A stretch of 64,000 nucleotides of DNA from Escherichia coli (GTDB lineage: Bacteria > Pseudomonadota > Gammaproteobacteria > Enterobacterales > Enterobacteriaceae), in NCBI RefSeq assembly GCF_003019035.1, contig NZ_CP027447.1; one strand, written 5' to 3'. The notes under the pieces were generated by a model. The model did not search any database, had not been told where the DNA came from, and saw only the letters and a list, made by a program, of their open reading frames with translations. Each line of letters opens with the position of its first letter. The stretch's first letter is position 1. The position numbers and the translations under genes were made by a program. This document shows positions 20,266-35,788 of this stretch, in pieces.

Positions 20266-21201
20266 GATATCAATTGCCTGAATAGCCCTTGCAATATCAG
20301 GGGAATTATTCAACACCCGAACATGCTGAAATAATTCTGTTGCTTCATCGTATTCTTTACGCAAATAACTCAACCACTGTTTAATCCGCGCTACGTGATA
20401 TAACCCGGTATCGCCCTGCTTTTCCAGACGGGTATATTTTTGCAGCAAAGCAACCACCTCCGGCCACGGCATTCGCGGTTCGTTATATTTCACCACACGG
20501 CTCAGGTTGGGAATATTGAGCGCCCCGCGACCAATCATCACCGCGTCACAGCCGCTGATCGCCATACACTGTTGCGCGCTCTGCCAGTCCCAGATTTCAC
20601 CGTTGGCAATCACCGGAATATTCAGCCGTTGGCGAATCTCACCAATCGCCTGCCAATCAATATGCTCCGCGCGGTAACCCTGCTCTTTTGTCCGCCCATG
20701 CACCACCAGCTCCGTAGCGCCAGCCTGTTGAACCGCATCGGCGATTTCAAATTTCTTCTCACCGCTGTCCCAGCCCAGACGCACTTTCACACTGACGGGC
20801 AAATGCGCCGGTACAGCTTCGCGCATCGCTTTTGCACCCTGATAGATGAGTTCAGGATCTTTGAGTAACGTCGCCCCACCGCCGCTACCGTTAACCGTTT
20901 TCGACGGGCAGCCGCAATTGAGATCCACGCCCCAGGAACCTAACTCGACTGCACGGGCGGCGTTCTCTGCCAGCCATTGTGGGAACTGGCCTAACAACTG
21001 CACGCGCACCAGCGTACCGGATGGTGTCCGGCTGGCGTTTTGTAGCTCAGGGCAAATGCGATGAAAGACTTTTACCGGCAGCAGTTGATCCACCACGCGG
21101 ACAAACTCGGTGATGCACAGATCGTAGTCGTTAACTTCGGTCAGTAATTCCCGCACCAGAGAGTCAAGCACACCCTCCATCGGAGCCAGTAACACACGCA
21201 T
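20251..21201 (-). CDS. dusC: tRNA-dihydrouridine synthase C (DusC), 315 aa
   Basis: ORF trimmed to [11 protein letters not shown] start; Dus family TIM barrel. Confidence 0.9.
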
Positions 21202-21403
21202 ATCATCACCCGCCAAAAAATGAGGCGCTATGTTAGCGCCTATGGTCAGCGGATTAAAGGTCTGCAAAGAGGGATTGCTGCAAACTGCAATCCCTCTCTA
21301 TGCTTGATGTATGCCTGAGTTCGCTGCGCATTGTGTAATACCGGGGAGCGAAAAAATAAGCGCTGATTTCTTAATGTGATCGGTAGCACGTTTTACGAAT
21401 TAA

Positions 21404-22530
<1,127 letters not shown>

Positions 22531-22584
22531 AATTTGCGATGCGTCGCGCATTTTTGATGTAAGTTTCACGCGTTGCATAATTAA

Positions 22585-22600
22585 TGAGATTCAGATCACA
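22585..22600. promoter_or_regulatory. CRP-like site TGAGATTCAGATCACA in the cdd promoter
   Basis: 15/16 match to TGTGA-N6-TCACA, about 60 bp upstream of cdd ATG; cdd is a known CRP/CytR-regulated gene. Confidence 0.4.
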
Positions 22601-22659
22601 TATAAAGCCATAACGGGTTCGTAAACTGTTATCCCATTACATGATTATGAGGCAACGCC

Positions 22660-24655
<1,996 letters not shown>

Positions 24656-24706
24656 TATTTTCCCTTTTCTGTTAATTATTGAGAATAATTATTACTTCAC
24701 TTAATA

Positions 24707-24737
24707 AGCTGCGGATATAACATTCTGAACCGCAGCT
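24707..24737 (+). terminator. Stem-loop downstream of yeiS (AGCTGCGG-15nt-CCGCAGCT), putative terminator/attenuator before preT
   Basis: 8-bp perfect inverted repeat followed by ATTTGTG. Confidence 0.35.
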
Positions 24738-24848
24738 ATTTGTGAATCCTTTCACAGTTTAAATTTCCCCACGCGCATAGCCTTAATATCAGCACGCAAT
24801 ATTTATTTAGCGTTCGCCTTAATTACTCATAGCATTAAGGAAGATCAC

Positions 24849-26087
24849 ATGCCGCAACAAAATTATCTGGATGAACTCACTCCGGCTTTTACGCCTTTAC
24901 TGGCGATTAAAGAAGCCTCTCGCTGTTTATTATGTCATGACGCTCCCTGTAGTCAGGCTTGCCCGGCGCAAACTGACCCAGGGAAATTTATCCGCTCAAT
25001 TTATTTTCGTAATTTTAAAGGTGCTGCCGAGACAATTCGCGAAAATAATGCCCTCGGTGCCGTTTGTGCCAGAGTGTGCCCGACGGAGAAATTATGCCAA
25101 AGCGGTTGTACACGTGCCGGTGTTGATACTCCCATTGATATCGGTCGCTTACAGCGTTTTGTTACTGATTTTGAACAACAAACCGGGATGGAAATTTATC
25201 AGCCCGGTACTAAAACGCTCGGCAAAGTCGCGATTATTGGCGCGGGTCCTGCCGGATTGCAGGCCAGTGTGACACTGACAAACCAGGGTTATGACGTCAC
25301 GATCTATGAGAAAGAAGCACAACCCGGTGGCTGGTTGCGTAACGGCATTCCGCAATTCCGGTTACCGCAATCGGTGCTGGATGCAGAAATCGCCCGTATA
25401 GAAAAAATGGGCGTGACCATTAAATGCAATAACGAAATCGGTAACACACTCACCCTGGAGCAGCTGAAAGCGGAAAACCGCGCGGTACTGGTCACCGTGG
25501 GGTTATCGAGCGGTTCGGGGCTACCACTGTTTGAGCATAGCGACGTTGAGATTGCCGTCGACTTCCTGCAACGTGCACGACAGGCGCAAGGCGATATCAG
25601 CATTCCACAAAGCGCATTAATTATCGGCGGCGGTGATGTCGCGATGGACGTAGCCAGCACGCTGAAAGTTCTCGGCTGTCAGGCGGTAACCTGCGTAGCG
25701 CGTGAAGAGTTAGATGAGTTTCCGGCAAGCGAAAAAGAGTTTGCCAGCGCCCGGGAGTTGGGCGTTTCGATCATCGATGGATTTACACCTGTAGCCGTGG
25801 AAGGCAATAAAGTCACCTTTAAGCATGTTCGTTTACCAGGTGAACTAACGATAGCGGCGGACAAAATTATTCTCGCCGTCGGTCAGCATGCCAGACTGGA
25901 TGCCTTTGCGGAGTTAGAGCCGCAGCGTAACACCATCAATACACAAAATTACCAGACCCGCGATCCGCAAGTCTTTGCTGCTGGCGATATTGTTGAGGGT
26001 GACAAAACCGTGGTCTATGCCGTGAAAACCGGGAAAGAAGCCGCCGAGGCGATTCATCACTATTTAGAGGGAGCTTGCTCATGTTAA
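24849..26087 (+). CDS. preT: NAD-dependent dihydropyrimidine dehydrogenase subunit PreT (YeiT), 412 aa
   Basis: Fe-S Cys clusters at N-terminus, FAD/NAD Rossmann GAGPAG motif. Confidence 0.9.
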   Translation: MPQQNYLDELTPAFTPLLAIKEASRCLLCHDAPCSQACPAQTDPGKFIRSIYFRNFKGAAETIRENNALGAVCARVCPTEKLCQSGCTRAGVDTPIDIGRLQRFVTDFEQQTGMEIYQPGTKTLGKVAIIGAGPAGLQASVTLTNQGYDVTIYEKEAQPGGWLRNGIPQFRLPQSVLDAEIARIEKMGVTIKCNNEIGNTLTLEQLKAENRAVLVTVGLSSGSGLPLFEHSDVEIAVDFLQRARQAQGDISIPQSALIIGGGDVAMDVASTLKVLGCQAVTCVAREELDEFPASEKEFASARELGVSIIDGFTPVAVEGNKVTFKHVRLPGELTIAADKIILAVGQHARLDAFAELEPQRNTINTQNYQTRDPQVFAAGDIVEGDKTVVYAVKTGKEAAEAIHHYLEGACSC

Positions 26088-27316
26088 CGAAAGATCTTTC
26101 GATTACTTTTTGCGGCGTGAAGTTTCCCAACCCGTTCTGCCTCTCTTCTTCGCCTGTAGGCAACTGCTATGAGATGTGTGCCAAAGCCTACGACACAGGC
26201 TGGGGCGGCGTGGTGTTTAAAACGATCGGCTTTTTTATCGCCAACGAAGTCTCGCCGCGTTTTGATCATCTGGTGAAAGAAGATACCGGTTTTATCGGCT
26301 TCAAAAATATGGAGCAGATTGCTGAACATCCGTTGGAAGAGAATCTGGCCGCCCTGCGTCGGCTGAAAGAAGATTACCCGGACAAAGTATTGATCGCTTC
26401 AATCATGGGCGAAAATGAGCAGCAATGGGAAGAGCTGGCGCGTCTGGTGCAAGAAGCTGGCGCGGATATGATCGAGTGTAACTTCTCCTGTCCGCAAATG
26501 ACTTCTCATGCGATGGGTAGCGATGTCGGGCAAAGCCCGGAGCTGGTAGAAAAATATTGTCGGGCAGTAAAACGTGGTTCCACGCTGCCAATGCTGGCGA
26601 AGATGACGCCGAATATCGGTGATATGTGCGAAGTGGCGCTGGCGGCGAAGCGCGGCGGCGCAGATGGCATTGCGGCGATTAACACCGTTAAATCCATCAC
26701 CAATATCGATCTTAATCAGAAAATCGGTATGCCGATCGTTAACGGTAAATCGAGTATTTCCGGATATTCCGGTAAAGCGGTAAAACCGATCGCCCTGCGC
26801 TTCATTCAGCAAATGCGTACCCATCCAGAACTGCGCGATTTCCCGATCAGCGGTATCGGCGGCATTGAAACCTGGGAAGATGCGGCGGAGTTTTTATTGC
26901 TCGGTGCAGCGACGTTGCAGGTGACCACCGGCATTATGCAGTACGGGTATCGGATAGTGGAAGATATGGCAAGCGGGTTGTCGCATTATCTCGCCGATCA
27001 AGGGTTTGATTCGTTGCAGGAGATGGTAGGTCTGGCGAATCACAATATTGTCCCGGCGGAAGATTTAGACCGCAGTTATATTGTCTATCCCCATATCAAT
27101 CTTGATAAATGTGTTGGCTGTGGACGCTGTTATATTTCCTGTTACGACGGCGGTCACCAGGCGATGGAATGGAGCGAGAAAACCCGCACACCGCATTGTA
27201 ATACCGAGAAATGCGTGGGTTGTCTGCTTTGTGGTCACGTCTGCCCGGTGGGTTGTATTGATCTCGGAGAAGTGAAGTTTAAGAAAGGCGAGAAAGAACA
27301 CCCGGTAACGTTGTAG
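26081..27316 (+). CDS. preA: NAD-dependent dihydropyrimidine dehydrogenase subunit PreA (YeiA), 411 aa
   Basis: DHOD-like TIM barrel plus C-terminal 2x[4Fe-4S] ferredoxin motifs (CVGCGRC, CVGCLLC); overlaps preT. Confidence 0.9.
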   Translation: MLTKDLSITFCGVKFPNPFCLSSSPVGNCYEMCAKAYDTGWGGVVFKTIGFFIANEVSPRFDHLVKEDTGFIGFKNMEQIAEHPLEENLAALRRLKEDYPDKVLIASIMGENEQQWEELARLVQEAGADMIECNFSCPQMTSHAMGSDVGQSPELVEKYCRAVKRGSTLPMLAKMTPNIGDMCEVALAAKRGGADGIAAINTVKSITNIDLNQKIGMPIVNGKSSISGYSGKAVKPIALRFIQQMRTHPELRDFPISGIGGIETWEDAAEFLLLGAATLQVTTGIMQYGYRIVEDMASGLSHYLADQGFDSLQEMVGLANHNIVPAEDLDRSYIVYPHINLDKCVGCGRCYISCYDGGHQAMEWSEKTRTPHCNTEKCVGCLLCGHVCPVGCIDLGEVKFKKGEKEHPVTL

Positions 27317-27327
27317 AACCCGCGTCA

Positions 27328-27375
27328 CATCCGGCATTTGGCACCGAATGCCGGATGCAGCGCATCCGGCAATAC
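27328..27375. repeat. REP-like hairpin between convergent preA and mglC (CATCCGGCATT-8nt-AATGCCGGATG plus GCAGCGCATCCGGCAA)
   Basis: 11-bp inverted repeat with REP-like GCCGGATG core. Confidence 0.5.
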
Positions 27376-27386
27376 CCATATTCACA

Positions 27387-28397
27387 TCATTTCTTACGCG
27401 CGTATTTCAGTGAATCCAGCGCTACGGCGAAGATAATAATCGCCCCTTTGATGATGTACTGCCAGTATGGGTTTACGCCGATATACGTCAGGCCATAGTT
27501 GATGACGGTAAAAATAATTACCCCGGTCACCACGCCAATCACCGTCCCCACACCGCCGCTGAACGATACGCCGCCCACCACGCACGCTGCGATAGCATCC
27601 AGTTCATACATAAAGCCGAGGTTGTTGGTGGCAGAGCCGATACGTCCGGCTTCTAACATCCCGCCGAAGGCATAGAACACACCAGACAACGCGTAGATCA
27701 TCAGCAGGTTCAGGCCGACGTTGACACCAGATACTTTCGCCGCTTCCGGGTTACCGCCAATGGCAAAAATGTTCTTACCGAAGCGGGTTTTGTTCCACAA
27801 CACCCAGACGAACGCCACCGCAATCAACGCGTAGAAGGTGATGTAAGAGAGACGGAAACTCCCCAGTGCGACAAAGCCCTGAGCAAAGGTAGAGAAGCCA
27901 CTGTCAAAACCAGAAATTGGCGACGCCCCGACAAAGTCGTAATAGAGCGAGTTGATGCCATAGACGATGATCATCGTGCCGAGCGTGGTAATGAACGGCG
28001 TCACGTTGAGATAGGCGATAATCAGACCGTTGATCAAACCGATCACCGCACCAATGGCACAGACAATCAGAATAACCAGCACAATCGGCATCGTCGCCAT
28101 TTCCGGGAATACTTTGTTAGCGTTATCCATGGACTGCAATAACGTCGCTGCCACCACGGCTGCCAGCCCTACCTGACGTCCCGCAGAAAGGTCGGTCCCC
28201 TGGGTGACAATTAACCCTGCCACACCAAGCGCGATAATAATACGCACCGATGACTGGGTGAGAATATTACTTAAGTTCAACAGACTTAAAAATGTTGGGT
28301 CCTGGAAAATAATAATTGCCAGCAAAACTAAAAGAACGACGTAAATACCGCCTTCTTTCAGGTAAGTAAGAAAACTTTTCTTATTTAACGCACTCAT
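27387..28397 (-). CDS. mglC: Galactose/methyl-galactoside ABC transporter permease MglC, 336 aa
   Basis: Polytopic permease; operon mglBAC. Confidence 0.93.
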   Translation of the reverse strand: MSALNKKSFLTYLKEGGIYVVLLVLLAIIIFQDPTFLSLLNLSNILTQSSVRIIIALGVAGLIVTQGTDLSAGRQVGLAAVVAATLLQSMDNANKVFPEMATMPIVLVILIVCAIGAVIGLINGLIIAYLNVTPFITTLGTMIIVYGINSLYYDFVGASPISGFDSGFSTFAQGFVALGSFRLSYITFYALIAVAFVWVLWNKTRFGKNIFAIGGNPEAAKVSGVNVGLNLLMIYALSGVFYAFGGMLEAGRIGSATNNLGFMYELDAIAACVVGGVSFSGGVGTVIGVVTGVIIFTVINYGLTYIGVNPYWQYIIKGAIIIFAVALDSLKYARKK

Positions 28398-28412
28398 GGG
28401 AAGCCCCTAATC

Positions 28413-29933
28413 TTAAAGGTGCAAAGACGCAAGACGCAGAATTTCGCTTTGCGTTGTTGTTTTTGTATCGACAATTCCGGAAACGAGACCATTGCTCATG
28501 ACCAGAATACGGTCTGTTATCCCTAACAACTCTGGCATTTCGGAGGAGATAATAATAATCCCCTTGCCTTTCTTCGCCAGTTCGGCAATTAACTGATAAA
28601 TCTCAAACTTAGCCCCAACGTCAATACCGCGCGTCGGTTCATCGAGCATTAATATTTCTGGTTGCGTTAACAGCCAGCGACCAATAATCACTTTTTGCTG
28701 ATTACCACCGGAGAGCGAACCTATTTGCGTCCGATGACCTGGCGTTTTTACCCGCATCGAATCAATGACCCACTGGGTATCGCTTTTCATCCGCGAATTA
28801 TCCAGCAAGCCAACTTTATTTTTGTAGTTGCGAATATTGGAAATTAACGAGTTAAAACCGATATCCAAATAGGCATAAATTCCCGTTGAGCGGCGCTCCT
28901 CAGTTACCAGAGCAAATCCGTGGTTTATGGCTTCATTGGCATTATGGTTATTGATCTTTTTGCCGTGCAACGTAATGGTGCCAGCCGATTTCTCGCGAAT
29001 ACCAAATAACGTCTCAACAATATCGGTACGTTTCGCCCCCACCAGCCCGGCAATACCGAGGATCTCCCCTTTATGCAGATCAAACGAGACATCACGGATC
29101 GACGGCTGGCGCAGTGACGTCAGGTTACGCACCTCGAGGATGACTTCGCCCGGCTTGTTTTCTTTGTCAGGGAAACGCTGGTTAAGAGAACGCCCAACCA
29201 TCATGGCGATGATCTTGTCCATCGTCAGCCCTGCCAGCGGTTCGGTGGCGATCCACTGACCGTCGCGCAATACGGTAACTTCATCACATAACTGGAAGAT
29301 TTCTTCCATTTTATGCGAGATATAAACAATACCGCAGCCGCGCTCTTTTAATTTACGAATAATAGTGAACAGATGATTGACCTCTTTTTCGGTCAACGAA
29401 GAAGTCGGTTCATCCATAATCACAATTTTCGCGTTATAGGAAAACGCTTTGGCGATTTCGATCATCTGCATTTGCGAAACGGATAATGTGCCGACGCGCG
29501 CACGCGGATCGATATCAATATCCAGTTCATCAAAAATCGCTTTGGTTTCGCGGTACATTTTGTCCTGATCGACAAACATGCCTTTGGTGGGATATCGCCC
29601 CAGCCACATGTTATCCATCACCGAACGTTGTAATACCAGATTTAACTCCTGGTGTACCATCGAAATACCATTTTCCAGCGCTTCTTTGGCAGAATGGAAA
29701 TCGATCTCTTTACCCTGGAATAAAATGGTGCCGGAGTCTTTTTGATAAATACCAAACAGGCATTTTAATAATGTTGATTTTCCTGCGCCGTTTTCCCCCA
29801 TTAATGCATGGATAGAATGTGGCCGGACTTTTAAATTAACGTTATCAAGTGCCTTAACACCGGGAAAAGACTTGTTGATACCGCTCATTTCCAACAAGTA
29901 TTCCCCGGAAGACGGAGTCGTTGAGCTGACCAT
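28413..29933 (-). CDS. mglA: Galactose/methyl-galactoside ABC transporter ATP-binding protein MglA, 506 aa
   Basis: Duplicated ABC ATPase with two Walker A motifs ([18 protein letters not shown]). Confidence 0.93.
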   Translation of the reverse strand: MVSSTTPSSGEYLLEMSGINKSFPGVKALDNVNLKVRPHSIHALMGENGAGKSTLLKCLFGIYQKDSGTILFQGKEIDFHSAKEALENGISMVHQELNLVLQRSVMDNMWLGRYPTKGMFVDQDKMYRETKAIFDELDIDIDPRARVGTLSVSQMQMIEIAKAFSYNAKIVIMDEPTSSLTEKEVNHLFTIIRKLKERGCGIVYISHKMEEIFQLCDEVTVLRDGQWIATEPLAGLTMDKIIAMMVGRSLNQRFPDKENKPGEVILEVRNLTSLRQPSIRDVSFDLHKGEILGIAGLVGAKRTDIVETLFGIREKSAGTITLHGKKINNHNANEAINHGFALVTEERRSTGIYAYLDIGFNSLISNIRNYKNKVGLLDNSRMKSDTQWVIDSMRVKTPGHRTQIGSLSGGNQQKVIIGRWLLTQPEILMLDEPTRGIDVGAKFEIYQLIAELAKKGKGIIIISSEMPELLGITDRILVMSNGLVSGIVDTKTTTQSEILRLASLHL

Positions 29934-29993
29934 ATAATTTTACCTTGTTGGCCATACAATAAGGGCGCAGTAAACGACTGCGCCCAATCAGTC

Positions 29994-30992
29994 TTATTTC
30001 TTGCTGAATTCAGCCAGGTTGTCTTTATCTACGCCAACATAAGGTACGCGGACCACTTTGTTGTCGATTTTCCAGTTGGTGCCATCAGCCGCACCTTTGC
30101 CATCGGCCAGGTTTTTCGCCAAATCAAAGGTCGCTTTCGCCTGGTTGTTAGCATCGTTCAGTACGGTGCCCGCCAGTGCACCGGATTTCACCAGCGCCAG
30201 CGCTTCTGGCAGCGCATCGACGCCAAACACCGGAATGCTGGACTTGTTGTGTGCTTTCAGTGCTTCTACCGCGCCCATTGCCATCGCATCGTTGTTGGCG
30301 ATAACCACTTCGATTTTGTTGGCGTTCGGGCCAGACAGCCAGGCGTCCATCTTATCTTTCGCCTGAGCGGTGTCCCACATAGCGGTATCTAACTGTAACT
30401 GTTCAGTTTTGATGCCTTTGTCGTTCAATTCTTTAATCACGTAAGTGGTACGTGCTTCTGCATCCGGATGGCCCGGCTCACCTTTCAGCAGTACGAACTG
30501 AATCTGACCGTCTTTGTTCAGATCCCAACCCTGATTCGCCGCCCAGTGTTTAGCAATCAAATCGCCCTGAATAATGCCGGACTCTTTGGAGTCAGTGCCA
30601 ACGTAGTAGGCTTTGTCGTAGCTATCCAGCGCCTTACGAGACGGTTCTTTGTTGAAGAAAACCACCGGCACGTTTTGCCCACGCGCTTTCTCAATCACCG
30701 TACCCGCAGCTGCCGGGTCAACCAGGTTGATTGCCAGTGCCTTCACCCCTTTCGCCAGCAATACGTCGATCTGATCGTTCTGCTTGGACTGGTCATTCTG
30801 AGAATCATTCATCAGCAGCTGAACATCTGGCGCGGCTTTCGCATCTTGCTCAATAGCCTTGCGCACCACAGACATAAAGTTATCGTCGTACTTGTAGATT
30901 GTTACACCAATGCGAGTATCAGCAGCGTGTGCAGCGGCACCGAATAACATGCTGGCCATCACAGCAGACAGGGTTAACACCTTCTTATTCAT
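29994..30992 (-). CDS. mglB: D-galactose/D-glucose-binding periplasmic protein MglB, 332 aa
   Basis: Signal peptide [23 protein letters not shown] recognised; length. Confidence 0.93.
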   Translation of the reverse strand: MNKKVLTLSAVMASMLFGAAAHAADTRIGVTIYKYDDNFMSVVRKAIEQDAKAAPDVQLLMNDSQNDQSKQNDQIDVLLAKGVKALAINLVDPAAAGTVIEKARGQNVPVVFFNKEPSRKALDSYDKAYYVGTDSKESGIIQGDLIAKHWAANQGWDLNKDGQIQFVLLKGEPGHPDAEARTTYVIKELNDKGIKTEQLQLDTAMWDTAQAKDKMDAWLSGPNANKIEVVIANNDAMAMGAVEALKAHNKSSIPVFGVDALPEALALVKSGALAGTVLNDANNQAKATFDLAKNLADGKGAADGTNWKIDNKVVRVPYVGVDKDNLAEFSKK

Positions 30993-31243
30993 GGTATCTC
31001 CGGTTTTTCTTATGCAGGGTAGTGCTTGAGATAAATGCTCGGCGGGGCAGTAGAGTTAATGAAGTGTTACTGAACGCCGAAGCTCACTTTTTAAAATTCG
31101 TTCTTCCATGCCCGGTAACGCTCCAGAAAACGGCTTTAATTGTTGTTATGACGCTATTACCTCGGTGAAAGTGATTATTCACTGTTACATACGGGTTACA
31201 ACGTTAAAACGGTGCAATCATAGCTATCACATTGTTAAGATAC

Positions 31244-31259
31244 TGTGAAATCACTCACA
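31244..31259 (-). promoter_or_regulatory. Consensus CRP site TGTGAAATCACTCACA upstream of mglB
   Basis: Perfect TGTGA-N6-TCACA; mglBAC is known to be CRP-activated. Confidence 0.5.
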
Positions 31260-31260
31260 G

Positions 31261-31277
31261 ATTGAAAGCGGTTACAT
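31261..31277 (-). promoter_or_regulatory. GalR/GalS-type operator (ATGTAACCGCTTTCAAT on the minus strand) overlapping the galS stop codon
   Basis: 14/16 match to gal operator consensus GTGnAAnCGnTTnCAC, adjacent to the CRP site. Confidence 0.45.
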
Positions 31278-32312
31278 CGCCTGATTTGTTGAGTTAGTGA
31301 TCGCCGCCGCATTCTGGCGTGTTGCGACAGAATGGCGACGCACTAACGTCGGCATAAAACAGTGGCTGGCACGAGGATCAATATTGCCTGCTGCCCCCAG
31401 CAAGGCCAGTTCGGTGGCTAATTTCGCCATTGAAGCAATGGGATAACGCACGGTCGTTAATTGCGGGTCGGTGTAACGGGCGATGGGAATATCATCGAAA
31501 CCGATGATGGAGAGATGTAACGGAATCGCAATGCCATTATCTTTTAATGCTGTCAGTGCGCCAGCGGCCATATTGTCGTTATAAGCAAATACAGCGGTAA
31601 GTTGTAGATTGCGCCCCAGCAGTTCAACCATCGCCGCCTCACCGCCCGGCATGTCAGGCGTGCCAGTGCCAATCCAACTTTCCGGCGGAATAATATCCTG
31701 CTCTTTCAACGCACTCATCCAGCCTGCTTTACGCATGGCGTCATCTTCAATGCCGTGGCTGGAAGAAAGATAACCAATACGTTGATGGCCGTTATTCAGC
31801 AACATGCGCGTCGCCATTCGGGCACCACTGAGATTATCCAGGCAAACGCAACGATGGGCGTACCCCGGCACAACGCGGTTGATTAACACCATACCGGGAA
31901 TGTTATCCATAAATTGTGCCAGTTCATCATCACTCAATGCTTTTGAGTGAACAATCAACGCATTACAACGCTGGCGAATTAACACCTCAATGGCATGACG
32001 CTCTTTTTCCGCTTCATGATAGCTATTACCTATTAGCACATATTTCTGGTGCTGCTGGGCGACCAGATCCACCGCTTTTACCAGCGCGCCGAAAAACGCA
32101 TCAGAAACGTCCATCACCACCACGCCAATGGTGTCGCTAACCTGAGTTGCCAGCGCCTGGGCATTGGCATTTGGTCGATAATCCAGCTCACTAACGGCTT
32201 TCATTACTGCTTCACGCGTGTCGGCACTGACCAGCGTGCTGTTATTGAGCACTCGGGAAACCGTTGCCACAGAGACGCCAGCCTGACGCGCTACATCACG
32301 AATGGTGATCAT
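31272..32312 (-). CDS. galS: LacI/GalR-family repressor GalS, 346 aa
   Basis: N-terminal [26 protein letters not shown]; periplasmic-binding-like effector domain. Confidence 0.9.
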   Translation of the reverse strand: MITIRDVARQAGVSVATVSRVLNNSTLVSADTREAVMKAVSELDYRPNANAQALATQVSDTIGVVVMDVSDAFFGALVKAVDLVAQQHQKYVLIGNSYHEAEKERHAIEVLIRQRCNALIVHSKALSDDELAQFMDNIPGMVLINRVVPGYAHRCVCLDNLSGARMATRMLLNNGHQRIGYLSSSHGIEDDAMRKAGWMSALKEQDIIPPESWIGTGTPDMPGGEAAMVELLGRNLQLTAVFAYNDNMAAGALTALKDNGIAIPLHLSIIGFDDIPIARYTDPQLTTVRYPIASMAKLATELALLGAAGNIDPRASHCFMPTLVRRHSVATRQNAAAITNSTNQAM

Positions 32313-32453
32313 ATTCACTACCTGTTATGAGATTGCAGTAAATGACTGCTTGCTGGCGGCTATTTTGTCAGCACTGAATACAGGACTTCGTGAATCGAGT
32401 CACAGCAATGGAAACGGTTACAGCCGTTTTGTTAACGAATGTGATCCAGATCG

Positions 32454-33611
32454 TTATCTTGATGTTTTAGATCTTGCCGGCCCAGCTGCACGCAAAGTTA
32501 ACTGACGCCAGAGCCATTCCACCGGCCCCTGGCGGAAGTAACGCAGCCAGATAACAGAGAAGAGAATATTCGCCAGCCATACCGGAATAACAAACGCCAG
32601 CAATTCCAGACGGTCAAACAGCATAAACAAACCGAGGTGGTAAAAAAGCGTGGTACAAATCAGCGTTTGCAATAGATAGTTGGTCAGTGCCATCCGTCCG
32701 ACGCAGGCGATTGCCAGAACCAGCTTAAAGCGGCTTAATTGCGGCCAGAAGCCATAAAATAGCGACGCATAGCCAATCGCCTGAAACGGCGCACTCAGTT
32801 CCCGCGGCATCTGAAGTAAAAAGGCGCACCAGCGATAGGCCCAGTCCAGCTGCCATTGCAGGGCGATGGCAGGAAGGTTAATGGTCACCCCAATCGCCAC
32901 CAGCACAAAACCAGTACGACGATAGTGACGTAAGCTGAACTGCCCTTTCAGCCAGCCGCTGCGCATCAGCGCCGCACCAATGAGCATCATCCCTGCCAGT
33001 TGCCAGCCATACTGTGCGCCCAGTGCCAGTAAACTGTTGCCAACACCATCGGCACGATTACTGATCGCTTCAACGCCGCCGTGAAGCTTCCAGTATTTTT
33101 CATACAAAATAGCCGATGCATCCGGCGTCCAGGCGCGGCTGGTCTGGCTGTCGGAAATCAGCCCCAATAACAGCAAAACGCCAAGCCCCACCAGATAAAG
33201 CATGACGCCTGTATTAAACAGGCTTTTTACCGATGGCGCATCGCGCACCAGCCGCCAGCAGATTAAGCCCACCAGCCCGTAAGCCAGCAGAATATCGCCG
33301 TCCCAGAACAATAAACCGTGAATAAAGCCCAGCAAGACTAACAGCGTTAACCGCGACTGGATCCAGCGTCTGCCACGGGGCAACAACATTTGTAGGCCAG
33401 CACCAAACAGCAGCGCAAAAAGCGTGAGGAATTTCACCTGGCCGATGAGATCGAGAAATGCCCAGGTCCATGCATCCTGCGGCGTAATAGCGCCGTACCA
33501 GGCGGGATTGAGATAAGCCGCCTTTGGTAGCCCAAAGGCGCTGATGTTTAATAGCAGGATCCCCAGAATGGCGACGCCGCGAACAAAATCGAGCGTGACG
33601 TTGCGCTCCAT
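32454..33611 (-). CDS. yeiB: DUF418 family inner membrane protein YeiB, 385 aa
   Basis: Polytopic membrane ORF; synteny upstream of folE. Confidence 0.85.
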   Translation of the reverse strand: MERNVTLDFVRGVAILGILLLNISAFGLPKAAYLNPAWYGAITPQDAWTWAFLDLIGQVKFLTLFALLFGAGLQMLLPRGRRWIQSRLTLLVLLGFIHGLLFWDGDILLAYGLVGLICWRLVRDAPSVKSLFNTGVMLYLVGLGVLLLLGLISDSQTSRAWTPDASAILYEKYWKLHGGVEAISNRADGVGNSLLALGAQYGWQLAGMMLIGAALMRSGWLKGQFSLRHYRRTGFVLVAIGVTINLPAIALQWQLDWAYRWCAFLLQMPRELSAPFQAIGYASLFYGFWPQLSRFKLVLAIACVGRMALTNYLLQTLICTTLFYHLGLFMLFDRLELLAFVIPVWLANILFSVIWLRYFRQGPVEWLWRQLTLRAAGPARSKTSR

Positions 33612-33627
33612 GGTTCCTGCCTTTTAA

Positions 33628-34296
33628 TCAGTTGTGATGACGCACAGCGCGCAGAAATTCGTGGCGCGTATTCTGACTGGATTTGAACAATCCACCAAGA
33701 GAGGTCGTTGTTGTGGCACTGGTTGCGTCGCGGATGCCACGCGCTTTCACGCAGTAATGCACCGCGTCGATAGAGACAGCCACGTTATTGGTGCCCAGCA
33801 GCGTTTGTAGCGCAATGAGAATTTGCTGGGTCAGACGTTCCTGTACCTGTGGGCGCTGGGCAAAGAACTGCACGATGCGGTTAATTTTTGACAGACCGAT
33901 CACCGAATCTTTCGGGATATAAGCCACCGTCGCTTTGCCATCGATGGTAACAAAATGGTGTTCACAGGTGCTGGTCAGGGTGATATCGCGCACGGTGACC
34001 ATTTCATCGACCTTCATTTTGTTTTCAATGAGGGTGATTTTCGGGAAATTGGCGTAATCCAGACCGGAGAAAATTTCATCGACATACATTTTAGCGATGC
34101 GATGCGGCGTTTCCATCAAACTGTCATCAGCCAGGTCGAGATTCAGCAGCTGCATGATTTCGGTCATATGACCAGCAATAAGGCTTTTGCGCGTTTCGTT
34201 ATCCATTTCATGCACGGGCGGGCGCAGCGGTGTTTCCAGTCCTCGCGCAACTAACGCTTCATGAACCAGGGCCGCTTCTTTACTGAGTGATGGCAT
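33628..34296 (-). CDS. folE: GTP cyclohydrolase I FolE, 222 aa
   Basis: Conserved catalytic region (TSTCEHHFV); length. Confidence 0.93.
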
Positions 34297-34519
34297 TTAT
34301 GATTTCTCCTGCAGGTGTGACGCCTCCGCCCTGCGTGGGGGCAAAGTTATTAAGCTGATTTACAGCCGATTATTGTGCGTGAGGCGGCGCACATAATCCA
34401 GTATTCACAGCGATAATTATTGTAATTGCCGCTGCCTTTCATCAGCAGATGTTAAAACATCGTTATGCAAATACGGAAGTGAAAGTTACTCACAGCACAT
34501 TGAATAAACGGTATGATGA

Positions 34520-35389
<870 letters not shown>

Positions 35390-35788
35390 TCACCAGCAAA
35401 GGGTATTTTCCAGCGCCGTACTAAAATCACGGTCATCTGCGTGCGGGGCTGGAGACTTCTGGTTTAAATCTGTCAGTTGCTGGCGCACCTGAAGTCGCCC
35501 TGCCCCTTCGCCGCTGGAAGAATTTTCGTTGAAATTACGCATTTCAGCTTCGAACAATATGGCATCGAGATTTTGCAATTTATTCAGCGCGCGCAGAAGA
35601 GAAATGAGGGTATCAAGATTTAAACTTCCTCCCTTTTCAATCCGCTTGACCGTTGCAATGCCCACCAATGCACGATCGGCTAACTGCTGTTGGGTCAATG
35701 ATAATGAGATCCGCGTTTCTTTAATGCGTGCACATAGAGATAAAATAATTTCGTTGTTATTCATCGTATTATATTTCATCTTACGCAT
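35390..35788 (-). CDS. XRE-family helix-turn-helix transcriptional regulator (accessory island gene); start codon uncertain among three in-frame ATGs (35788, 35779, 35764)
   Basis: HTH_XRE signature LTQQQLADRALVGIATVKRIEKG; stop abuts yeiG stop with no intergenic gap; overlaps the 3' end of the upstream dehydratase gene. Confidence 0.7.
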   Translation of the reverse strand: MRKMKYNTMNNNEIILSLCARIKETRISLSLTQQQLADRALVGIATVKRIEKGGSLNLDTLISLLRALNKLQNLDAILFEAEMRNFNENSSSGEGAGRLQVRQQLTDLNQKSPAPHADDRDFSTALENTLCW

